DNA of 64,000 bases from Anaerohalosphaeraceae bacterium (GTDB lineage Bacteria; Planctomycetota; Phycisphaerae; Sedimentisphaerales; Anaerohalosphaeraceae): contig CAXXSL010000013.1 in NCBI GenBank assembly GCA_963675525.2, positions 184,253-248,252 on the forward strand, written 5' to 3'. This document shows positions 57,801 through 64,000 of this stretch, one piece after another. Positions within the stretch are counted from its first letter, which is position 1, and the number at the start of each line of letters is the position of its first letter. The notes below the pieces were generated by a model that saw only the letters and a list, made by a program, of their open reading frames with translations, had not been told where the DNA came from and did no database searches. The position numbers and the translations under genes were made by a program.

Positions 57801-58196
57801 AATGATTGCTGCAACGGAATCATACTGAAATTCAAAATAAATGTCACCGATGCCGGTAAGGTCGGAAGTTTGAATGTTAACTGTCTCTTTTTGAAGAAGT
57901 TGTGACGAAGCGAACGATTTGCCGGCCGGGTCCTCGCATAAAAAAACACCGCCGGTAGCTGACAGCGTTAAATCATAACTCGTTTCTGCTGAATCGGAAT
58001 CGACCAAAGCAATCTCCATTGATTCGTTGCTTTTTAACTCCAGCGGAAAAACAGCAGGATCGTTCCCATTTACAGTCAAGTCAATACTTCCATAGACCGT
58101 TGAACAAACAAGCAAAGTGAAAATAACTGAAAAAAGTGTTGTTCTCTCCGTCATTTTCCTCCCAAATGGCTTGGTGCTTCTAGTTAAAGCCTTCAT
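54831..58196 (-). CDS. Large secreted protein: beta-helix-like repeats, dockerin-like motif, C-terminal caspase-fold-like domain (tentative)
   Basis: Start placed at ATG 58196 (MKALTRS..., GGAGG 5 nt upstream), not TTG 58208. Signal/TM TTLFSVIFTLLVCSTVYG. Parallel-beta-helix-like N-rich repeats in the middle. GDWNDDSYVDLADFAIMAQTW is dockerin/EF-hand-like. The C-terminal part has LKYLYIDSHGN and LRFFFNDSCLG (His-Gly and Cys after hydrophobic strands). Confidence 0.6.
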   Translation of the reverse strand: MKALTRSTKPFGRKMTERTTLFSVIFTLLVCSTVYGSIDLTVNGNDPAVFPLELKSNESMEIALVDSDSAETSYDLTLSATGGVFLCEDPAGKSFASSQLLQKETVNIQTSDLTGIGDIYFEFQYDSVAAIIGLTTNQSLTINNQMVPADTEIYQLILFDMDDDRVVVFGVNYDSLSYEPPLEEKSTTESLEASSLESLDFDSESMILPPVIEPNEPEPVFLQCPAASSGLMRDEVDSFAEWSQQVAMLEMLDSEPNVYVIDSDITENHVWDANNIYYIVGDPNNWYIVDVNSLLVIEPGTTVIMGYQSGLHVSDGGTLIAKGTPDKPIVFTPDWVFFDCPDNIGYYWQVYGSYGPYYHCPIYVEETASPLTTIQYCMIEGAIGGVITNNIRLSQPIENNYLFGNVWGVYEYGPLLTDVRNNLCFYQDQAAIEIELCPDPNGFADLNHAAKIEHNTCDGYGYTCCGITVHGVADPNSSGIPTIYLTNNIVTSNDNYGLNLVDGAMYALVISTGYFDNDYNKNWEFDEYNPVVTETNPYYPYILDPYQHHYLIDDADFVDAGLQYIERSKLIGTKTNADNVPDKDIVDLGFHHSMWDYVGGEGIAGTDIDDLIEISDYWLEYSPFEPNSPGYINPNLYIYDPNHPELWIDPNFVTFGGDWNDDSYVDLADFAIMAQTWKAAPAEPNIIPIISGDPDNGWIEVDADGLTPKIQDVFVFLSGRYVGKIPVLNDERPLEIDISECGSLPQQLKLIAMDYDGHITASHLTDITFPSTLSYCILPDSYETNEPIPFAAYTTEPNVASSINVYADSGILVWSQVFDGNSISGSIPANIATDYGIGTVEFRSNSGANVLKTTTAALPALSTPDPNIIALIVTPYRSLSWRNGSTYNAVKTAFENRGVKYLRLNGKAATYANIAKYAPQLKYLYIDSHGNSAVQDGMNGVLRTFVALADVDCVSAKASDFVGTPPTWCKDPLPGRKETTLKSFVTMGFTDLRFFFNDSCLGAHLTIDSGTGLLMWGGSGEQSLFDFVHNDMSVACGLTNTSESRFYQGWFCESWSRFWPETDFQQFSRQEWEALGNGEELYWAVLEAIWQQDSFGPDDPAYNYRIKGQGDPQNFRIRSNP

Positions 58197-58245
58197 AGTT
58201 ACCTCCAACTCCCTGATTTTAATGTAAAACTCCAGTTAAAGAACG

Positions 58246-58273
58246 ATTTTATGCTTATTTTTAAGCCCGTCAA
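58246..58273 (-). promoter_or_regulatory. Sigma70-type promoter of the large secreted protein operon
   Basis: Minus strand: TTGACG (complement of 58268-58273), 16-nt spacer, TAAAAT (complement of 58246-58251). Confidence 0.45.
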
Positions 58274-58513
58274 GCTGTTTTTTTACCTGCTTTCTTTTTC
58301 AAAATCCGGGCTGCACGGATAAAAGAGTCCCTCTACCTCAATACTCTTTCAGCAGCCCGGCGTCATTTTTGTTTCCAAAGAATGTCGGGCTGGTACGATG
58401 GAAAAAGGGTACGCATACCAGCCCGACGCCGCATGGTGAATGCGGTTTTGAAGGAGCTTTCATTTTAATTTTCACAGAGCATCTCTATCAGAGCAGCGGG
58501 GAGTTTCCAGAAA

Positions 58514-58600
58514 TGAAAAAACTCAAAGGCGCTACTCAATCATGCCCGCCTGAGGCCCAGCAAGGCCTGTACAGAACACAACAAGTAGCGCCTTTGAGTT
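58514..58600 (-). terminator. Long-hairpin intrinsic terminator downstream of metXW
   Basis: A perfect 16-bp stem, ACTCAAAGGCGCTACT (58521-58536) with AGTAGCGCCTTTGAGT (58584-58599), and a 47-nt structured loop. On the minus strand it is followed by TTTTTT (the A-run 58516-58521 on the plus strand). Confidence 0.5.
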
Positions 58601-58766
58601 CTATTGTGAACACACGAAAAAGGCGCTTTCCCGTCTTACGTCTCTGTACGTTGAAATTTGCTGGTTTCAGACGAAACGCTGACAGTTCAGCTAACTATCA
58701 ATTGTCGAATACCATCATAAATAAACAGCATACAAAAAGTCAAGCAAAAAATGGAATTCCGCAGGA

Positions 58767-60572
58767 TCAGTCTTTGCCGGTTACGTAAACCGCCTGTGAG
58801 GCGAAGAGGTTGGGGAGTATTCGCAGGGGCAGGGTTGTATGCTTGCCCAGCGGGATCTTGCGGTCGATCCGGATGCCCAGTTCGGCGCAGAAGTTTTCAT
58901 AGTCGGCCAGCGACAGGAAATGGATGTTCGGCGAGTTGTACCATGTGAACGGCAGTTGTTTTGTCTGCGGGGCCTTGCCGGAAAACAGCATCTGCAGGCG
59001 GCAGCGCCAGTGCGCAAAGTTCGGGAAGCTGACGATCACTTTTTTGGCGACGCGATGCAGTTCGCCAATGACGCGCTGCGGCTCTTTCAGCGTCTGAATG
59101 GTCTGCGAGAGAATCGCATAGTCAAACGTATCGTTGGGGTACATCTCCAAACCGCGTTCGATGTCACGATGCACCACGGAGACGCCGCACTGGGTACAAT
59201 GAATCACAAGATTCTCGTCCAGCTCGATGCCTTCGGCAATAACATTTTTGTCCTGACTGAGGCGACAGATCAGTTCGCCGTCGCCGCACCCCAGATCCAG
59301 GATGCGGGCATTCGGGTCGATCAGCGACTCGATCAGTTGGTAGTCCACGCGCAGCCGCTTGGCATGATCGTGTTGATCCTTTTTTGAGGCACTGACGCAT
59401 TTTTCGGGCAGGGTCCGCAGCGATGTTCGGACCTGGTGCCAGGTTGCCCCCAGAAAGCCGCCGATCAGACGCCCCAGCTTATGGGCTTCCAGTAAAAAAG
59501 CATCGTGGCCGTAAGTGGACTCAATATTGCAGTAGGTCACATCTTTACCCTCGGCGCCCAATGCGTTGACGATCTCCTCGGACTGGGCGGGTGTAAACAG
59601 CCAGTCGCTGGATACGCTGACGACCAGGAACCGGCAGTTTGTGTTGGAAAAGGCCTGCCGGAGCGAGCCGTATTCCCGGTGCAGGTCAAAATAGTCCATG
59701 GCTTTGGAAAGGTACAGGTAGCAGTTGGCGTCAAACCGCTCGATAAATGTCTGGCTCTGGTAGTCCAGATAGGTCTCGACCGAGAACTCAGAATCAAACT
59801 CATAATTATAGTCGTTGGACGCGCGTAATTCTCTGCCGAATTTTGCCCGCATCGACTCTTCGGAAAGATAGGTAATATGCCCGATCATCCGGGCAATACC
59901 CAGACCGCGATCAGGGCCTTGTTTGCCATGATACTGGCCGCCGTTAAAATTGGCATCGGCCAGGATCGCATTTCGCCCGACGGCATCAAATGCGACGGAC
60001 TGGGCATTCAGACGGGTGGTGGATGCGATACACAACGCCGCATCAAGAAAATCCGGAAAGGAAACGGCCCACTGAAGCACCTGCATCCCGCCCATGGACC
60101 CGCCGATCGCCCCGAGTATATGGGTAATGCCCAGCTTCTCGAGCAGAAGCTTCTGGACGCGAACGATGTCTTCAATGGTAATGATCGGAAAATCCAGACC
60201 GTAGGGCTTGCCGGCAGCGGGATTGACATCCGATGGGCCGGTGGTCCCGCTGCATCCGCCCAGAAAATTCGAACAGATCACAAAATAATGATCCGTATCG
60301 ATCGGCTTGCCGGGACCGACCATGATATCCCACCAGCCCGGCTTGGTTTCGTCGGCACTGTTGTAGCCGGCCACATGGGCATTGCCGCTGAGGGCATGGC
60401 AGATCAGAACGACATTATCTTTGGCCTCGTTCAACGCGCCGTAGGTCTCATAGGCCACATCGATCGGCCCCAGTGTCTTGCCGCACTTTAAGCTCAGCGG
60501 ATTATCCGCCTCAACAACACGCAGGGTTTGTGTCTGTACAATACCAACCGAATTTTTTGTATCATGCGTCAT
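58767..60572 (-). CDS. metX: Homoserine O-acetyltransferase MetX fused to a MetW-like methyltransferase-fold domain
   Basis: 601 aa. The N-terminal about 380 aa is MetX (alpha/beta hydrolase, nucleophile elbow GGSMGGMQ, ...YGHDAFLLE). The C-terminal about 200 aa is MetW-like (RILDLGCGDGELI, FDYAILSQTIQ, IVSFPNFAHW). Confidence 0.85.
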   Translation of the reverse strand: MTHDTKNSVGIVQTQTLRVVEADNPLSLKCGKTLGPIDVAYETYGALNEAKDNVVLICHALSGNAHVAGYNSADETKPGWWDIMVGPGKPIDTDHYFVICSNFLGGCSGTTGPSDVNPAAGKPYGLDFPIITIEDIVRVQKLLLEKLGITHILGAIGGSMGGMQVLQWAVSFPDFLDAALCIASTTRLNAQSVAFDAVGRNAILADANFNGGQYHGKQGPDRGLGIARMIGHITYLSEESMRAKFGRELRASNDYNYEFDSEFSVETYLDYQSQTFIERFDANCYLYLSKAMDYFDLHREYGSLRQAFSNTNCRFLVVSVSSDWLFTPAQSEEIVNALGAEGKDVTYCNIESTYGHDAFLLEAHKLGRLIGGFLGATWHQVRTSLRTLPEKCVSASKKDQHDHAKRLRVDYQLIESLIDPNARILDLGCGDGELICRLSQDKNVIAEGIELDENLVIHCTQCGVSVVHRDIERGLEMYPNDTFDYAILSQTIQTLKEPQRVIGELHRVAKKVIVSFPNFAHWRCRLQMLFSGKAPQTKQLPFTWYNSPNIHFLSLADYENFCAELGIRIDRKIPLGKHTTLPLRILPNLFASQAVYVTGKD

Positions 60573-60625
60573 CTGTATTCAGTATAGCCCGAACGGGGTT
60601 AACCTGCAATGTCACTCTTCCGATA

Positions 60626-61300
60626 TTATTCGGAACGATCTCCCAGAACCGCTTTCTTGAATTCCCCGAAGCCCATCTCGTCGATCAGTGCACCAAGCCG
60701 GCGATGTTTCTTTTCGCCTTTAGCCTGATAAAGCTTGACAACCTTATCGACGATCGCCAGGGCTTCTTCAATCGAAACATCGCGAATCAGTTCCTGAGCC
60801 AGCCGAGGCCGGGCACCGCCGTTGCCTCCAACCTGCACCATCCAGCCTTTGGCCGTCCCCATCAGGGCCACATCCTTGATACAATTTTCCGCGCATTGAT
60901 TCGGACAGCCCGAAACACCGATCTTAAATTTTCCCGGCAGTTCCAGACCGTGATATTTTTCATCCAACAACATTCCAATGCCAAGGCTGTCCTGCTGACC
61001 GCGCTTGCAGAAGGTCGTTCCCGGGCAGGCCTTGACCGAACGGACACACAACCCCACCGCCGCACCCGGCGACATGTCCAGATCCTGCCAGACCGCATCC
61101 ACCTGTTCTTCCTTAAGTCCCACCAAAGCGATCCGGGCCGCACCGGTTATCTTCAGCGCCGCGATATTGTATTTATCTGCCACATCGGCAATCTTCCGCA
61201 GTGTCTGGGGCGCAACCACCCCGCACGGCAGATGCGGCGCAACTGCATAGGTCTGTTTGTCCCGTTGAATAATGACGCCTTTTTCCCCGTCCTGAAGCAT
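60626..61300 (-). CDS. Small nitrite/sulfite-reductase-family protein (siroheme/[4Fe-4S] binding motif), assimilatory-type low-molecular-weight sulfite reductase-like
   Basis: 224 aa. NIR_SIR ferredoxin-like half domain, then the Cys motif C-x5-C (ACPGTTFC) ... C-x3-C (GCPNQCAENC). 53 nt upstream of metXW on the same strand. Confidence 0.7.
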   Translation of the reverse strand: MLQDGEKGVIIQRDKQTYAVAPHLPCGVVAPQTLRKIADVADKYNIAALKITGAARIALVGLKEEQVDAVWQDLDMSPGAAVGLCVRSVKACPGTTFCKRGQQDSLGIGMLLDEKYHGLELPGKFKIGVSGCPNQCAENCIKDVALMGTAKGWMVQVGGNGGARPRLAQELIRDVSIEEALAIVDKVVKLYQAKGEKKHRRLGALIDEMGFGEFKKAVLGDRSE

Positions 61301-61545
61301 AAGATATCCCTTGAGTCTATTTTGAATTTAGTTTCTTTCGCCTATTCTAAAAAAACCGGACAAAAAGACAATTGTTTTTTAACATAAACCGAAAATGTAC
61401 GGACCCATTCGTTGAGTTTATCGTATAGTGTTAGACAGGACAAATAATCGAATCTGCTCACTGATGTGAAAAAATGGTGATTTTTATAATTTTTCTGTGC
61501 ATTATTGCGTGAATATGCTAAATTCGAGATTGAAAGAGGTATGAT

Positions 61546-61731
61546 ATGTCTGACGAAAAAATGCCGCATCCGGGCCATGATAAGCACTTATGCTATTTGA
61601 ATAATCTCCGGTTTCAGGAAAGCAATCCGGAAGACTATAAAGCACTGATCAAAAACTCTGAATTTTATTGTCAAAATTGCGGCCGTTCCGCCGCCAGTTC
61701 TAAAAATCTATGCAAACCGGCAAAACTTTAA
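61546..61731 (+). CDS. Small hypothetical protein with one CxxC pair
   Basis: 61 aa. AGAGG RBS-like sequence 8 nt upstream. ...FYCQNCGRSAASSKNLCKP. Coding status uncertain. Confidence 0.35.
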   Translation: MSDEKMPHPGHDKHLCYLNNLRFQESNPEDYKALIKNSEFYCQNCGRSAASSKNLCKPAKL

Positions 61732-61786
61732 ACGCCGATTGAATGCACTGGTCTCTTTAAAATAATGATGCTGAGGAGTTTTATAG

Positions 61787-64000
61787 ATGGACCGTAAGAA
61801 TCCGGCTACAACCCCGTATATCAATACCATCCCCGCCGAAGATCAGGGACCCTATCCCGGGCGAAGGGAGATCGAGCATCGCATCAAAAGCATCCTCCGC
61901 TGGAACGCAATGGCAATGGTTGTCAGAGCTAACCGGGACGAAAGCGGCATCGGCGGGCATATCTCCTCTTATGCTTCGGCCGCAACGCTTTATGAAGTCG
62001 GGTTCAACCATTTTTTCCGCGCAAGGACCGAGGAACACGAAGGCGATGTCATTTATTTTCAGGGCCATTGTGCCCCCGGCATTTACGCCCGTGCATTTTT
62101 GGAAGGCCGGCTGAGCGGTTTCGATCTGACCAATTTCAGACGGGAACTCAGTCCCGACGGCGGACTGCCCTCCTATCCGCACCCCCGGCTGATGCCGGAA
62201 TTTTGGCAGTTTCCTACGGTGTCCATGGGTTTGGGCCCCCTTATGGCGATCTATCAAGCCCGTTTTGCACGTTATCTTGAAAATCGAGGCCTCAAAAAAC
62301 CGTCCGACCAGAAGATCTGGGCCTTTTTGGGCGATGGGGAAATGGACGAACCCGAAAGTATGGGTGCTATCGGCGTAGCCGGACGGGAAAAGCTGGACAA
62401 CCTTATCTTTGTGATCAACTGCAACCTGCAGCGGTTGGATGGCCCGGTTCGCGGAAACAGCAAGATTGTTCAGGAATTTGAAGCGGCATTTACCGCTGCG
62501 GGCTGGAATGTCATCAAAGTATTATGGGGTTCGGACTGGGACCGTTTATTGGAAAAGGATAAGGACGGGTTGCTCGTCAAACGACTGGAAGAAGTCGTTG
62601 ACGGTCAGTTTCAAAAGTATGCCGTTTCCAGCGGTGATTATATCCGCAAGGACTTTTTCGGAACCGATCCCCAACTGCTGGAGTTGGTGAAAAACTACTC
62701 CGATGAACAACTTGAAAAACTCAACCGCGGCGGACATGACCCGCTGAAGGTTTATGCCGCTTACAAAGCCGCCGTCGAAAACACCGACGGCCCCACTCTC
62801 ATTTTGCCCCAAACCATCAAAGGATACGGAATGGGCGAAGCGGGCGAAGGAAGAAATATTACCCACCAGCAGAAAAAACTCAACGAAGACGAACTGCTGA
62901 CCTTCCGAACACGATTTGGGATCCCCGTTCCGGATTATGAAGTTCAGGAAGCCCCGTTTTATAAACCCATGGCCGAAAGCGAGGAAATGAAATACCTGAG
63001 TGCTTGTCGGCAGAAACTGGGAGGTTATGTTCCGCAGCGCATTGTTAATGTTGAGCCGATCCAAATGCCCGATGAAACGATCTTTGAAGAGTTTTACAAA
63101 GGCTCCGGCGGCCATAAGGCCAGTTCGACAATGGCGGCGGTACGACTGCTGTCCAAGCTGATGAAAGACCCGCAGATCGGCAAACAGATCGTCCCCATCG
63201 TGCCCGATGAGGCCCGTACATTCGGTATGGAGCCGCTTTTTAAACAAGCCGGTATCTACTCGGCCGCAGGACAGCTTTATGAGCCGGTCGATAAAGAGTT
63301 TCTGCTCTTCTACAACGAGAAAAAAGACGGCGTGATCCTCGAAGAAGGCATCAACGAGCCCGGCTCGATGTCCTCCTTCATCGCCGCGGGCACCGCCTAC
63401 GCAACCTACGGTATCAACATGATCCCGTTCTACCTGTTCTACTCCATGTTCGGCTGCCAGCGGATGATCGATCTGATCTGGGCCGCGGGTGATATGATGA
63501 CCAAAGGATTCCTGCTCGGCGGCATCGCGGGAAGAACAACGCTGGCCGGCGAAGGCCTCCAGCATCAGGACGGACACAGCCACCATACCTTCCTTTCCGT
63601 CCCCCATTTGAAAGCCTATGACCCGGCGTTCGCGTATGAACTGGCCGTCATCGTCCGGGATGGATTTTCCAGAATGTACCAAAAACAGGAAAATATTTTC
63701 TATTACATCACCATGATGAATGAAACGTATGAAATGCCGCCCATGCCGGAAAACGTCACCGAAGGCATCCTCAAAGGCATGTATAAATACAAGGCCGCAG
63801 CAAAACCGGACGCTCCGAACAAGGTCAACCTTTTGGGCAGCGGCACCATCTTGAACGAAGTCCTCAAAGCACAGCAGTGGCTCGAATCCGAATTGGACAT
63901 TGCCGTTGATGTTTTCAGCGTCACCAGCTACAAGGAACTCTACAACGACGGCCTTGCGACGGATCGCTATAACCTCTTGCATCCAACTGAACACCCGAAA
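61787..64000 (+). CDS. aceE: Pyruvate dehydrogenase E1 component (homodimeric AceE type), N-terminal 738 codons; runs off the right window edge
   Basis: Open to the window edge, so absent from the ORF track. ATG 61787 with GAGGAG RBS. MDRKNPATTPYINTIPAEDQGPYPG..EIEHRIKSILRWNAMAMVVRAN, GGHISSYASAATLYEVGFNHFF, and the ThDP motif GDGEMDEPES...NLIFVINCNLQRLDG. Confidence 0.9.
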   Translation, partial: MDRKNPATTPYINTIPAEDQGPYPGRREIEHRIKSILRWNAMAMVVRANRDESGIGGHISSYASAATLYEVGFNHFFRARTEEHEGDVIYFQGHCAPGIYARAFLEGRLSGFDLTNFRRELSPDGGLPSYPHPRLMPEFWQFPTVSMGLGPLMAIYQARFARYLENRGLKKPSDQKIWAFLGDGEMDEPESMGAIGVAGREKLDNLIFVINCNLQRLDGPVRGNSKIVQEFEAAFTAAGWNVIKVLWGSDWDRLLEKDKDGLLVKRLEEVVDGQFQKYAVSSGDYIRKDFFGTDPQLLELVKNYSDEQLEKLNRGGHDPLKVYAAYKAAVENTDGPTLILPQTIKGYGMGEAGEGRNITHQQKKLNEDELLTFRTRFGIPVPDYEVQEAPFYKPMAESEEMKYLSACRQKLGGYVPQRIVNVEPIQMPDETIFEEFYKGSGGHKASSTMAAVRLLSKLMKDPQIGKQIVPIVPDEARTFGMEPLFKQAGIYSAAGQLYEPVDKEFLLFYNEKKDGVILEEGINEPGSMSSFIAAGTAYATYGINMIPFYLFYSMFGCQRMIDLIWAAGDMMTKGFLLGGIAGRTTLAGEGLQHQDGHSHHTFLSVPHLKAYDPAFAYELAVIVRDGFSRMYQKQENIFYYITMMNETYEMPPMPENVTEGILKGMYKYKAAAKPDAPNKVNLLGSGTILNEVLKAQQWLESELDIAVDVFSVTSYKELYNDGLATDRYNLLHPTEHPK

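Noticed and set aside
58369-58788. 139-aa plus-strand ORF in the metXW/large-protein spacer.
   Set aside because: It is built across four long hairpins and a terminator. It has no RBS and a non-protein-like composition, and it overlaps the metXW 3' end.
61301-61545. SAM riboswitch or T-box leader upstream of the sulfite-reductase-like/metXW operon (minus strand).
   Set aside because: The AT-rich leader shows no SAM-I/SAM-II conserved core and no T-box specifier or antiterminator pattern by eye.

Overview
This 64-kb chromosomal window has mid-range GC by eye and mostly housekeeping genes. Gene content suggests an anaerobic, polysaccharide-degrading member of the PVC group (Planctomycetota/Phycisphaerae-like). 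That placement is inference only, from PEP-CTERM and dockerin-like secreted proteins, GH53/CE15/DUF3826 genes, GTP-PEPCK and McsAB.

Recognisable genes, in order:
- pyrF-murD-menA-CPBP-ubiE, tightly packed
- a histidine kinase plus a REC-kinase hybrid
- dnaK, a NifU-like gene, a GT-C-like membrane protein, mtnA, comM, queA
- an IS200-like Y1 transposase (RAYT) with REP-type palindromes
- a U32 peptidase and groES-groEL
- GLUG-repeat and PEP-CTERM surface proteins
- pckG, coaD-queD-mcsA-mcsB, CAZyme genes
- an IS110 remnant, lepA, tRNA-Pro(GGG)
- a radical SAM/SPASM gene, GH53, a URO-D-family methyltransferase, rpmA, rsmE
- a 1121-aa secreted protein operon
- a small sulfite-reductase-like gene followed by a fused metX-metW
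- the 5' 2.2 kb of aceE

Main observations:
1. dnaK and groES are each preceded by a consensus sigma54 -24/-12 promoter and by the same palindrome, TCTGCCAT-NN-TGGCA. No CIRCE operator is present.
2. 14 frameshifts plus one in-frame stop fall within 14.7-26.8 kb (comM, queA, U32, groEL, GLUG protein). I found none in the other 52 kb. Seven of them lie inside a 600-nt stretch of groEL. Consensus indel errors are at least as likely as real gene decay.
3. There is a complete RAYT/REP element, and 2.3 kb away a miniature, internally deleted derivative of a related one.
4. An orphan promoter-to-terminator unit of about 140 nt is a candidate sRNA.
5. A truncated IS110 element carries a perfect 19-bp tandem duplication and a repeated AGAAACTA motif.

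I recognised no multi-gene defence or other clearly novel protein system. No CRISPR array and no rRNA were seen.
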